From: Octopus sinensis
Taxonomy: Eukaryota
Assembly: GCF_006345805.1 (NCBI RefSeq)
Contig: NC_043007.1
Coordinates: forward strand, 5,084,001-5,148,000
Direction of reading: 5' to 3'
Length of the DNA: 64,000 nucleotides
Made by a program: the position numbers and the translations under genes. Under the pieces are notes generated by a model, which ran no database searches, was not told the DNA's origin, and was given only the letters and a program-made list of their open reading frames with translations. Shown here piece by piece: positions 51,347 to 63,836 of the stretch (position 1 is the stretch's first letter; each line of letters begins with the position of its first letter).

Positions 51347-51348
<2 letters not shown>
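50624..51348 (+). mobile_element. 5'-truncated R4/Dong-like (RLE) non-LTR retrotransposon: CCHC knuckle end, PD-(D/E)xK nuclease, 3' UTR, within (TAA)n
   Basis: ETIDHVVSKC...YLNRHD...NRPDIIVKDFRQRTCLLIDMTVP...KLSKYKDL...IPVVIGALG; (TAA)n on both sides. Confidence 0.9.
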
Positions 51349-51386
<38 letters not shown>

Positions 51387-51586
51387 AAGAAGAAGAAGAA
51401 GAAGAAGGAGAAGAAGAACGGAGGAAGAAGAGGAGGAGGACATGATGAAGAAGAAAATGATGATGATAATAATTTTGAATATTTTGAGTAAACATTGGCA
51501 ATGTATAGACAATGAAAGCATCTTATTCTTGAAAGTTTTATGGATCTTAAAGAATAAACTGGCTGTGTGTGAAGACAGGGCCTTAC

Positions 51587-51696
51587 CTGCTACATAGAAG
51601 ATGGCGGATGCTTGAAATAGACATGAAACTAGGAAGGCAAGACAGACGGTGACGTAGAGTTGTTTCGTAGCAGGTGGATAGCGCCACGTCAGTAGA
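51587..51696 (-). CDS. GRAMD4: GRAMD4-like exon: LLTWRYPPATKQLYVTVCLAFLVSCLFQASAIFYVA(G)
   Basis: ttaaccag|T CTA ... GCA G|gtaagg; 110 nt, phase 2-1; hydrophobic segment matching human LFMWVQPEITQKLYVALWAAFLASCF. Confidence 0.92.
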
Positions 51697-51880
51697 CTGG
51701 TTAACAGAAAAGAAATATATATATTAAGAAATGGACAATAACAATAACAACAACAATAATAATAACAATTATAATAATGATAATAATAATAACAACAACA
51801 ACAATAATAATAATCCTTTTTACTAAAGGCACAGGGGCCTGGAAATTTGGGGGAGGGAGATATCAGCTCGCTGCTTTTAT

Positions 51881-51915
<35 letters not shown>

Positions 51916-51918
51916 ATA

Positions 51919-51950
<32 letters not shown>

Positions 51951-52825
51951 TTCAAATTTTGGTACAAGGCCAGCAATTTTGGGGTGGAGATAAGTCAATT
52001 ACATCTCAATGTTCAACTGTTACATATTCTATCCATCCCCCCAAAATGAAAGGCAAAATTGACCCCAGCTGTATTTGAACTTGGAATGTAAAGTTGGAAG
52101 AAATGCTACTAAGCATTTTCTCTGGCATCGTAACAATTCTACCATCTCACAGCCTTCAGAATGTTTTCAAGTTTTGACACAAAGCCAGCAATTTTGTGGT
52201 GGGGGGGTACTTGGCTGGTACTTATTTTATTGACCCTGAAGGGTTAAAGGGCAAAGTTAACCCTGGCAGAATACCTACTGCCTAATGATAACGATTTCAA
52301 ATTTGGCACAAGGCCAGCAATTTTGGGGGAGGGGTTAAGTCGCTTACATCGACTCCAGTGCTCAACTGGTACTTACTTTATCGACCCTGAAAGGATGAAA
52401 TGCAAAGTTGACCTTGGTGGAATTTGATCTCAGAACGTGAAGATGGATGAAATGACTCTAAGCATTTCACACAGCATGCTAACAGTTCTGCCAGCTTGCT
52501 GCCTTAATAATAATAATAACCATAATAATGATATTATTAATTATGATAATTTATTCATTATTGGTCTCAAGGGCAACAAAACAGTGGGGATTTACATGGA
52601 AACGTGCAAACAATAAGACAATAACAATTTGAAAAATATCTTAAACAATTTCCCTAGCTGTGGGGAAATAATGCATAGGGGGCAACCAAGGAACCCTTCA
52701 TACCCTAATCCAGTTTACTCATTGGAAGTACCATAGCAAGTGCTTCTTTTGCATCAGTGCTCTTAATGCCAGGAACTTTTCAGCACCCCCTCATATATCT
52801 ATCTATCTATCTATCTATATGTATG

Positions 52826-52865
<40 letters not shown>

Positions 52866-52869
<4 letters not shown>

Positions 52870-53545
52870 GTGGTATCAAAAAGTTCCTGGACTAATTCTG
52901 TAGCACACCAACAGATGGCAGCACATGGTTGTGTGTGCACAGTGAGAGCTAGCAGTCACCTTTATGTGTCGGTGTAGCAAGTGACATTGTTGAGTTCACT
53001 CTGCAAGTTGTGATATTTGTGTTTTTGTGATCATGTGTGTACTAAAGTCTGCAATTTTGTCATGGAAAGAAACAAAGAACCAATGAGAAATTTGGTGTTA
53101 AACTTCAGAAGTCTGCTACTGAAACATTGAGCATGCTTCAGCAAGCTTACAGCCAGCAATGGGGCTATGGGTTGTACACAATGTTTTGAGTGGCACGGGA
53201 ACTTCAAAAGTGGGAGAATGTCCCTAGAAGATGATGACCAATCTGGAAGACCTGCCACAAGCATCATCCCCAGAAATGTGGTATTGTGCATTGAGAATTT
53301 GACCCCCAGGACCAGATCGTCAGTCAAGGGTTCTACTGTGATATTTTGAAGCATTTTGGGAGAAGATATTCAGCAAAAATGACTGGAACTGTTGAGCATG
53401 AAGAATTGGATTCTTCATGATGGCAATACATTCTGTCACCAAGCTCTCTTATGAGTTTAATGCAAAAAAACAACATGGTATCACTTCCACACCCACCTTA
53501 TTCACCAGATTTAGTACTGGCCAACTTCCATCTCTTCCTCAAGGT
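52866..53545 (+). mobile_element. mariner left end with internally deleted transposase
   Basis: TA-TGAGGTGGTATCAAAAAGTTCC TIR; HTH KSATETLSMLQQAY...FEWHGNFKSGRMSLEDDDQSGRPATS; then WILHDGN...LPHPPYSPDL. Confidence 0.85.
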
Positions 53546-54526
53546 AAATACTCTGAAAATAACTTAACCCTGAAAGGGAATCAACTCTAACCTTTCCATT
53601 AGACACATGATGGGCAAAATATCTATAAGTGAAAATGACTTTAAAATTATGCTAAATATTTTGTAAAAGAACCGTTCGTAACCTCAGCGTGAAATAGTTT
53701 TTATCCACAGGCTTCTTTCGAGTGCATTCTATGTATCTCATTTCCAAAGATTTGGCTGCTATTTCTAGCACACCCTGCCAAGCATAACAGCTATTTGCAA
53801 TAAAGGACCTGAAATATCTGTTACATGGTGGTAGGGCATATAAGAAATAGCAGCCAAATCTTTCTTTTCTGAGGAAATGAGCTGTTTATGTGTGATATCG
53901 ATGTCACATTCATTGAAAACATACGAAATAACATGGAAAAGAAAAAAATCCCTGCGAAACAAAACTCCATTGCTGGGAAACTCAGATTTCCCCATTTTAG
54001 TATATATACACACACATACACACACACACACACACACACGTATTTTTGTGTGTGTGTGTGTGTATGCATGTATGCAAATATATATTATATATATATACTT
54101 AATTAAAAAAGTAAGTATATAAATTAGCATAAAATATATATATAAATATTTTGAACAATTCTATTTGAATGTAACAAAGAAAAAAAGAACAAAAAATGAG
54201 AATTTGAAAGACAAAAAAACGTATTTGTTGTACTTCCATATTTCTAAGAAGAAAGAAAATATCTTGCTGTGCTTCCATATTTTTCAGGACCATCATTTCA
54301 TAAAACAGCTGTCGTTATTAGCAATAGCCAGGATATTACTGTTTTAGTGATATTCAAAATAACCTTTTAATAGTTGAATCTACTTACTAATCAATATCTG
54401 ATTGATTTCTACTTATTCTTTAAAAGTTGAGGGCCTCATTGAACTATGTAAGACTTGCCTTTTCTTTGCAAATATCAAAATAGTAGTAGTAGTAGTAGTG
54501 GCAATAGTAGTAGTAATGATAAGAAC

Positions 54527-54562
<36 letters not shown>

Positions 54563-55120
54563 TAGAATAATAATAATAATAATAATAACAATAATAATCA
54601 TAATAATATTAATAACAATAATCCTTTCTACATATAGGCACAAAGGTTGAAATCTGGAGAAGGGGACCACCACCACCACCACCACCACCACCACCACCAC
54701 CACCACCACCACCACCACCACCACCACCACTCCTCAATCATTATCATCATCATCATCGCTTAACGTCCGCTTTCCATGCTAGCATGGGTTGCACGAATGA
54801 CTGAGGGCTGGTGAACCAGGTGGCTGCACCAGGCTTCAATCTTGATCTGGCAGTATTTTATACAGCTGGATGCCCTTCCTAACGACAACCACTCCGAGAG
54901 CGTAGTGGGTGCTTTTTACGTGTCACCGGCAATGAGCCAGTCAGATGGTACTGGCAACGACCTCGCTCAAATCTTTTACACATGCCACCGGCACAGGTGC
55001 CTGTAAGGTGATGCTGGTAACGATCATGCTTGAATGGTGCCCTTTTACATGCTACTGCATGGAGCCAGTTGGCTGCTCTGGCAACGACCACACTCGGATG
55101 GTGCTAGGTGTGTATATACA

Positions 55121-55340
55121 GGGATGGGGGTTGAAAAGTTCCTGTCTTTAAGAGTGTTGCATGAGGCATGGTTGGAGGCCTAACTTTCTGAGTTCTTTCA
55201 CTGGGTTTAGAAAAACTGAAGGACCGTTGCAATAAGTATGTGAATTTGAGAGGGGAATATATTAGAGAAAATCGCAATTAACTGATCCTCCTGTATTATT
55301 TTCTTTTGCCCAAAGCCAGGAACTTTTCAGTACCCACTTG
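55121..55340 (+). mobile_element. mariner-derived MITE; related right end at ~52600-52795
   Basis: Inverted ends GGGGGTTGAAAAGTTCCTG / CCAGGAACTTTTCAGTACCC; internal KDRCNKYVNLRGEYI resembles mariner C-terminus. Confidence 0.7.
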
Positions 55341-57028
55341 TGTGTGTGTGTGTGTGTGTGCATTTTTACATATCACAAGGAACCAAACTACATCCCTTCT
55401 CTTCACATTTCTGCTTCATGTACTATGATTACCTCTCACTCCCCAATCTTGTCCTCTTGGCCCAGTGCCACTGTATCATTGCTCTCTGCTTGCCCCTGAC
55501 CTGTGCTTTCTACCCACATACCTTGTCTCACTCTATTAGTGCCATCTGCTAGTCCCCAACCTGGGTGTCCCACCCACATGTAACAAGAAAACTTTCCCCT
55601 CACCCTACACCAACAAACCAATCTACACCTCTTTCTCACATTTTCGCCTTCATTCACTATACCTAGCTCTCACTCCCTAATCCTGTCCTTACACCCCTGT
55701 TCCTCTGTATCATTGCTATCCAGTAGCCCCTCCAACTCTATATATACCCAGGTCTTTCGCCACTTACTTGTGCTCTTTAATCGCACTCCCTTCACAATAT
55801 CCTGTCCCTAAGGTGGCAAACTAGCAAAAACATTAGCATGCTGGGCAAAATGCTTAGAGGGATTTCGTTTGTCTTTATGTTCTGAGTTCAAATTCTGCTG
55901 AGGTTGACTTTGCCTTTCATCCTTTTGGGGGTCGATAAATCAAGCACCAGTTGCGTGCTGGGGTCGATCTAATCAACTGGCCCCCTACCCCCAAATTTTG
56001 GGCCTTATGCCTAGAGTAGAAAACAGAAGAATATCCTGTCACTTATTCTATGGCATTTGGACCCCATGGGTATGCTCTGGCACTTGCCACTATCTTTATC
56101 TCTCTCTTCCTTTACTCAACCATCTCATTTATACTCTGATCTCTGTTCCCTGTGAGTATGCCCAGCATTTTGCCACCATTTCCATCCTGCGGTCTCCCCC
56201 CCCCCCTTCTCCAGCACTTCCCTCAGGTTGGGCAACTGTGTATTTTCTTTATGGTAGCACACCTGTTTCTGTCTTCATTCCTGATCTTTCTCTGTCCAGC
56301 CAGGTAACCTTGTACTTCCTCTACAGCAAGACACCTGTATCTGTCTCACTATAGCCTTTTCCTCATCACCTCCTCCAAGGCCTCCTCTCCTCTTAAAAGT
56401 TTTTGTCTTGCAAGTGCTTGCTGACCCTGTCAGTGTAGGTGCCATGTTAAAGTACTCAGTCCACACTGTAAAGTGGTTGGTGTTAGGTAAGACATCCAGC
56501 TGTAAAAATCCTACCAAAACAGTCACAGAAGTCTGGTGCAGGCTTTGGCCTGGCCAGCTCTTGTGGTACTGTCCCAGCCATGCTAGCATGGAACACAGAT
56601 GTTAAATGATGGCCAGTGCTGCCTGACTGGCCCCGTACCGGGGGCACGTAAAAGCACCCACTGCACACTCAGAGTGCTTTGCATTAGGAAGGGCATCCAG
56701 CTGTAGAAACTCTACTAGATCAAGATTGGAGCCTGGTGCAGCCGTCTGGTTCGCCAGCCCTCAGTCATGTGTCCAACCCATGCTAGCATGGAAAGCGGAC
56801 GTTAAACGATGATGATGATGATGATGATGATGAAGGAAATAGAAAATAAAAAATAACAAAACAACAAAAGTCAAAAAGACATACACAAGGAATGTATTAG
56901 ATTGATGCTCAGTATAAGATGGGTAAAAGAGTAAGTGTATAATGCTTCAAGCATGACTCTTTGTCAGGAAGAGAAGAGAGGAAAAGTGCAGAGAAGGATA
57001 GATAGATAGATAGCTAGATAGAGAGAGA

Positions 57029-57075
<47 letters not shown>

Positions 57076-57203
57076 CAATGGTTTTTTAGAAATGATAAAA
57101 CCATAACGAAGTGTTTGATTGAACAACAATGTTGAACGGAATAATCAGAAGGAAACTTTATTAGGAAAGAAATGAAAGGGTAAAGTGAAAGTCTGAAACT
57201 AAC

Positions 57204-57247
57204 CTGTTCACTTTTTCTAAAGTATCAGCAAGTACGCCTAATGTATT
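57204..57247 (-). CDS. GRAMD4: GRAMD4-like exon: NTLGVLADTLEKVN(S)
   Basis: cattccag|AAT ... AAC AG|gttagt; 44 nt, phase 0-2; human NLFGKMADILEKIKN. Confidence 0.9.
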
Positions 57248-58058
57248 CTGGAATGAAAATGGTTAATCACCGAATTAATAAGGATAATTTGTCATCAGGT
57301 TAATTAGTTGTAAATTATTTAATACATAACAAATTTAGAGAAAAGCTAGAAACATATTAATGTGTGTTGAAATTGTAGTTGTGATACCAGTGCCAGTGGA
57401 ATGTAAAAGCACCATCCGAACGTGGCCGTTGCCAGCGCCGCCTCGACTGGTCTCCGTGTCGGTGGCATGTAAAAACCACCAACCGATCGTGGCCATTGCC
57501 AGCCTGCTACGGCCCCTGTGCCGGTGGCACGTAAAAAAGCACCCACTACACTCACGGAGTGGTTGGCATTAGGAAAGACATCCAGCTGTAGAAACACTGC
57601 CAGATCATATTGGAGCCTCGTGCAGCCTCCGGGCTTCCCAGACCCCGGTCGAACCGTCCAACCCATGCTAGCATGGAAAGTGGACGTTAAACGATGATGA
57701 TGAGGAAATTGAAATAATATTCCTTCTTCCTTGTGCTCTCCCAGGTTAATGAATGCCTCCCCCACCATTTGTTGGCAGCTCCTTTGACTAATACAAAGTG
57801 TTTATCAAGGAATTTCCATTGAACAATATAAAGGTAGTTTCCTGTTGCTGTGTTTTATTGTCTTAACTGGACTAGCAATTTCTCAGCTATTGCCAAGGTG
57901 AGGTATCTTATCCAAGACTCTGACGACTCTGCCAATTTGCCACCTAAGTGTAAGTAATTGGAAAGTTGAAAAGAAATTGCAAAGTTAAGTAAAAGAGGAA
58001 GGATGTCCATGGACTCATGGACATTTATCAATGAATATTATCAAAATATCACGAATAC

Positions 58059-58130
58059 CTGCACTTTTTTAGCCACTTGAAGAACAACACTGAATTTATC
58101 TGAAACTCCTTTGTCTTTATCATCTGATTC
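58059..58130 (-). CDS. GRAMD4: GRAMD4-like exon: ESDDKDKGVSDKFSVVLQVAKKVQ
   Basis: ctttgtag|GAA ... CAG|gtattc; 72 nt, phase 0-0; human EPPKEDLTVSEKFQLVLDVAQKAQ. Confidence 0.92.
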
Positions 58131-58835
58131 CTACAAAGAACAAAAAAAAAAAGCAGTAGTTTTAATTAGGAGTACAATATCCTTCTATGTCGCTGATGTT
58201 AATTACATTTTCAACAAATCATGATTTACATGCATGAGTTATGTTATATTACTCTGCTGGGTTAGGGTTAGGAAAGGCATCCAGCTGTAAAAACCCTGCC
58301 AAAACAGATGCAAGAGTCTGGTGCAGCCTCCAGCCTGGCCATCTCCTGTCAAATCGTCCAACCCATGCCAGCATGAAAGGTAGGCTTTAAATGATGATAA
58401 TGAAGCTATATTATGCATATGTTATGTACGAATTATTATGCATGTTGCATTATAATTATATAAAGCACGTTGCATTATAATTATATTACATGTATCATCA
58501 TATAATTACATTATGTACATCTGGTATTAAAGGACTTCAACAGAGAGATGAGAGAGAGAAGAGGAAGAGGGATGAGGAAAGAGAAAAAGAAAGAGGCAAA
58601 GAGCGAGAGAACCAGCAAATAGGAGAGAGGGAAATAGATACAAAATTGGAAGCTAAATTAAAGAAATACAAGTGAAATTATGATGAATCCTTCATTGTTG
58701 AAAAGGAAGGGGCAATTCAGTGTTTTGCTCAGCTGAGAATGCAACATGTTAAATTAATGTATAAGTGGTTGGATATTCCACAGACACATGTGTCCTTAAT
58801 GTATTTCTGATGAAGAATCAGCATCACAGGTCTTT

Positions 58836-60125
58836 CAGTTATAGAAATAATTCCCCTGGAATGGTCCCTACACAGTCTCTGGCTATCTAATTCCCCCCAC
58901 AAGGAATGAATTGACCAGAATATGGGGTCAGAACACATAAAAACACATGCCTCACCATCCAAATGCTATGCAGTGGGACCAAATCTAGAACCTTATTATT
59001 GTAAAGCAAACTTCTTAACCACCCATCCATCCACCCACCCATCCATCCACCCGCCCATCCATCCATCCATCCACCCGCCCATCCATCCACCCACCCGCCC
59101 ACCCATCCATCCACCCGCCCATCCATCCATCCACCCGCCCATCCATCCACCCGCCCATCCATCCATCCATCCATCCATCCGCCCAACCATTCATACACCC
59201 ACCCATCCTCCCATCCATCCACCCGCCCATCCATCCATCCATCCGCCCACCCATTCATACACCCACCCACCCATCCATCCACCCGCCCATCCATCCATCC
59301 ATCCATCCACCCACCCATCCATCCACCCGCCCATCCATCCATCCACCCGCCCATCCATCCATCCACCCGCCCATCCATCCACCCACCCGCCCATCCATCC
59401 ATCCATCCGTCCGCCCATCCATTCATACACCCACCCATCTATCCGTCCACCCATCCGTCCATCCATCCACCCATCTGCCCATCCATCCACCCGCCCATCC
59501 ATCCATCCATCCACCCATCCATCCATCCATCCATCCGTATGTCCACATTTAAATTTGTTAGATTCAAAATAGAATGATGCGTACTTACATTGACAATTTC
59601 CCCCGGATCTAAATAATGAAGGTTGATATTCCAGCCTCTGGCAAAGGTTCCAAGAAAAATAGTGACAAAAAAAAAAAGAAAAAAAGAAACAAGAAAATAT
59701 AATTGACATAAAAATGGAAATAATTCTGGATTGTTCCAAATGAATGCAATTAAAATACACATTGGCCGAAATCTGAGAAAAGCTTTTGTCAGCTATGAGC
59801 TACACCCTAATGAAAGTCATTTGATTGACTAATTAAGATTCACTCATTGGAAACACCTTGACAATTGACCCTTTTGAAAGCAACCTACTCAAGATTGGCT
59901 CTGGTTCTATAATACAGTTATAGAAATAATTCCACTGGAATGGTCCCTACACAGTCTCTGGCTATCTAATTCCTCCCACAAAGAATGAATTGACCAGAAT
60001 ATGGGGTTAGAACACATAAAAACACATGCCTCACCATCCAAATGCTATGCAGTGGGACCAAATCTAGAACCTCATAATTGCAAAGAAAACTTCTTAACCA
60101 CCCACCCACCCATCCATCCATCCAT
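58836..60125. repeat. ~200-bp direct repeats (58836-~59035 and 59915-~60125) bracketing a (CCAT/CCAC/CCGC) minisatellite (~59020-59538) and one exon
   Basis: CAGTTATAGAAATAATTCC...GGGACCAAATCTAGAACC present twice, period 1079. Confidence 0.9.
59589..59637 (-). CDS. GRAMD4: GRAMD4-like exon: [16 protein letters not shown]
   Basis: ttgccag|A GGC ... AAT|gtaagt; 49 nt, phase 2-0; matches human GWRIQW region. Confidence 0.88.
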
Positions 60126-60644
60126 GACAGAATTAGAACCTTCAAGAGAATTTCAAGTTAATTTATGCTCCAAACCCTAGTTTTATTATGGCAAACTTAT
60201 ATTGCTAAATATTTTTTTATTATATGCAAAATTAATAGAAGCAAAGATAGTGTATTTTCCCAAGGTGCTTTGCAGTTGAATTGAACCCACAACCAAGCGG
60301 TTGGGAAGTTATCTTTTTAACCACACCACCTCACCTACACACACACACACACATGTATGAATTCAGTGATGCTGATTTTGAATATTAGAAAGATGGTTGA
60401 CAGAAAGTGCATTGTCAAGGGAACTTTCTGCACCCTAAACACAAATTGCGTCACACCCGTAATATATTAAGTCTAAAGACATTGAGATTATCCATGCAAC
60501 ATGTTGATAAAAACTCCCTCTAGAGGCGTTTGAAAGTAAGAAGCAGGGGAGATAACTAACAACTCATTCCTGTGTGCCAAATTTTATTTACATGGTTTCA
60601 AAGGACCCAATTATTTTAGTAGAAGACATTTGCTGAAGGAGCTG

Positions 60645-61031
60645 AGCTGTGCTGTTGCTGTTGAGTGAAGCGGTCTTCGTCCCAGAGCTCACAGGATGGG
60701 AGGAGTCCGAAACGTGACACTTTGCTATTCATAAGACCTGCAGAAGAGAAAGCAGGTCAACCCCCGACACTGAGAGCATCGACGGATGGATGAATGCGCA
60801 TCCAGGCTCAGCAGTTGCGTAGGAAGTCGGGGACAAGAAACAGGAAGAAAGAGTGAGAGAAAGTTGGAGCAAAAGTGTACAACAGGGGTCGCCCCCCCCC
60901 CCTGCCGAAGCCTTATGGAGCTTTAGGTGTTTTTGCTCAATAAACACACACAACACCCGGTCTGGGAATTGAAACCGCGATCCTCCGACCACGAGTCCGC
61001 TGCCCTAACCACTGGGCCATTGCGCCTCCAC
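60645..61031 (-). mobile_element. tRNA-derived SINE (family S1) with 14-bp TSD
   Basis: Similar to 1402-1753; flanked by TGCTGAAGGAGCTG at 60631-60644 and 61032-61045. Confidence 0.88.
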
Positions 61032-61155
61032 TGCTGAAGGAGCTGTGGAGTTGCACATTGAATCCAAATTTAGTTCCGTAAATGTTGTCATCATGCAGCT
61101 GTACTTCCACCAATCTGAGATCTGTGAATTCTTACAATGGAATAAGTTTCTTTAA

Positions 61156-61363
61156 CCCTTTAGCATTCCGGTTGCCCTGTCAAATGTAAAGCTTATTCAT
61201 TCAAATGGTTTTGAATTAATCATGCGTTATCAGATAGCTTTGAGATTTTGGTGATGCTTTTCTTTAGTTTTTGAAACGACTTTGTCAGGTATGTGTGAGA
61301 GGCTGGATCTGGCCAGTTTGAACATAAAACCATTAGAATATTTGGGCCTCATACGCTAAAGGG
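61156..61363. mobile_element. piggyBac-like MITE
   Basis: TTAA|CCCTTTAGC ... GCTAAAGGG|TTAA. Confidence 0.75.
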
Positions 61364-61409
61364 TTAAAACGAAGAGAATTGATGAGATAAAATGGTGATT
61401 GAAACTTAC

Positions 61410-61501
61410 TTGTATCGCATGTAACTGATGGAAAGTCGGAAGAAAATGAGGAATAGACACAAAGGAAGCAGCAAACCATACCAAGCTGAGTACATGTAGA
61501 C
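61410..61501 (-). CDS. GRAMD4: GRAMD4-like exon (most 5' exon in window): VYMYSAWYGLLLPLCLFLIFFRLSISYMRY(K)
   Basis: ttcacag|GTC ... TAC AA|gtaagt; 92 nt, phase 0-2; matches recalled human GRAMD4 VYMNAVWHGWAIPLFLFLAILRLSLNYLIAR. Confidence 0.9.
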
Positions 61502-63599
61502 CTGTGAAGAATATCGAAGAAGTCTCAAAGAATCAAAGAACAAGAATTTCTTTTCGATGTTGCATCATCCTGAATTCCATGTTTAGTCCAATTGGTGTGT
61601 CAGTGGCATCAGCTGCATCACCGTGACAACTACCATGGCCACAACACCACTACCACCACCTTCTTCATTATCATCAACCCCCACCCCACCAACACTTATA
61701 CTACTATCACCACCATTGCAGGCATCACTCCTACCTCCACCACTACAAGCTTTATTGCTGCTATTACTGCCATCACCACCACCATGCATTACTACCACTT
61801 TTGTAGCCATCCTCACACCTTTACCACTGCTAACACAGCCGCTCCAACACCATCATATCACCACCACTGCCACCATCACAACCACCGCCATAGTTAACAG
61901 GTCGAATGATCAAACGAAGGTTGATGCATATAAATTCTGTCTTGGAGAGTCTGCAAAGACTACAGCCATTGTCTCATCCTTCAGACTGAGCAAAGGAAGA
62001 AGAATATCTCCCTTATTGGTTTGCATGTCTAGAATTGAACTAATAAAGTATTATCATCTGGAATCAAAACCAGCGAACCCCAAAATCCCATTCTTTATCA
62101 TTACACCACTGGCAATAATTCTTCTTTAATTTTGGCACAAGGCCAACAATTCTGAGGGAATGGTCAACCCCCCTGTACTTTATTTTATTGTACTTTATCT
62201 TATTGACTCTGAAAAGATGAAAAGTAAAGTTGACCTCAGCTGAGTTTGAACTTAGAATGTAAAACAACTGTAAGAACTGTCTCTAAGCATTTCGCTGGAT
62301 GTGCTAAGGATTCTGCTAGTTTGCCACCTTCTCTGGTGCTAATAATAGCAGGAAAAGGTGTTAGTCTGTGCATTTCGATGGTTTGTTTGCCTTTATAAAA
62401 AACATGAAAATCCTATGTAGTGTTGTAGTCAAGGCTACTAAAAGAAGTCAGGTATGGTTTCTATGACCGATTCTGCCGATTGTTAATCTGGCATTTATGA
62501 AGCAGAGCTGTGAGGTTTCTATCCTTGCCTTACGTTTTGTCTGTGGTTTAGGGCTCCTCATTGAGACTTTGACAGAATATTTTCAACCTTCATTGTTTAA
62601 GGAGAATGTGAAGGAGAATGGCATGGCTCATTAAAATGGTGTTTGAACTGAATTCTCCATGGAAAATGAGAAAGAAATTCAGAAGTAGGGTATTTTTTTC
62701 AATAAATGGATAAACACGTCTCAGATTGACAGGGAATAAGATTGTTGGGGATATAAAGAATGCAAGAGGAAAAAAATTGAATACTGAGGAACTTCTCCAT
62801 TTATAGAGTAAAGCTGGTGAGTCAGAGAGAGAGGGAGAGTGGGAGAGAGAGAGAGGAGGGAGAGTGGGAGAGAGAGAGGGAGGGAGAGAGAGAGGGGGGA
62901 AGAGAGAGGGGGAGGGAGAGAGATGGAGAGAGAAGGAGGGAGAGGGAGAGAGAGGGAGAGAGAGGGAGGAGAGAGAGGGAGGGAGAGAGAGAGATATCTG
63001 TTGACATTCTCAACTGGAGGGTCATGCTAGGAAGTTTGCAAAATAGTTGCATAGTAAATAATTGTTTCTAATTAAGGCTTGAAATTTGGGGAAGTAGCTA
63101 ATCAAGCTAATCAACTGAATACCATCAATTCCAATGCTTGACTGGTGCTTTGCTTCAGAAAGGATGAAAGGCAAAGATGCCAAAGCATTTTCTTTCTAAT
63201 TCTCTAACGATTCTGCCACACCACTGCCCTGCAGAATAAATAACGAATGCCACATGTGATACAAAAGCCAGATATTAGTCAAGAATGTTCATGTCCTGAA
63301 CAAAATTTTTGATTTTGGTGAAGCTCTCGACTTTATCAAATACCATTTCTGTGTGATGTAAGAGAGAAGATATCCAGGAAATCTGGCTTAGCCATATTAA
63401 TGGTTGCTGCGTTAGACACTCAAGATGTTACACAAGGGGATTATCTAAGATTAATAAACTAAGAGCTTCTAGCGTTTATCTCTTACCGGTTTCATTCATT
63501 GGACTGCAGCCATAATGGAGTGGGGTGCACCACCTTGAAGGGCTTAGTCAAAGAAATCAACACCAGTTATTATTTGTTAAGCCTGGTATTTCAATCGGT

Positions 63600-63836
63600 G
63601 ATTAAGGCAACGAGCTGGCAGAAACGTTAGCACACCGGGTGAAATGCTTAGTGGTATTTCGTCTGCCGTTACTTTCTGAGTTCAAATTCCGCTGAGGTCG
63701 ACTTTGCTTTTCATCCTTTCGGGGTCGATAAATTAAGTACCAGTTACGCACTGGGGTCGATGTAATCAACTTAATCCGTTTGTCTGTCCTTGTTTGTCCC
63801 CTATGTGTTCAGCCCCTTGTGGGTAGTAAAGAAATA
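63600..63836 (+). mobile_element. SINE family A nested inside a family B SINE, 15-bp TSD
   Basis: TSD GGTATTTCAATCGGT at 63585-63599 and 63837-63851; family B halves on both sides. Confidence 0.9.

Noticed and set aside
51270-51998. 242-aa ORF, the longest in the track
   Set aside because: Only 51587-51696 is a real exon; the rest is read-through of (TAA)n/(GAA)n microsatellites.
58887-59760. WMDG/HPSI repeat ORFs of 180-216 aa
   Set aside because: Translations of a tetranucleotide minisatellite that is open in several frames on both strands.
59638-59762. In-frame hydrophobic extension upstream of exon 59589-59637
   Set aside because: It is the pyrimidine tract of the acceptor; the true upstream exon (61410-61501) joins in phase and matches GRAMD4.
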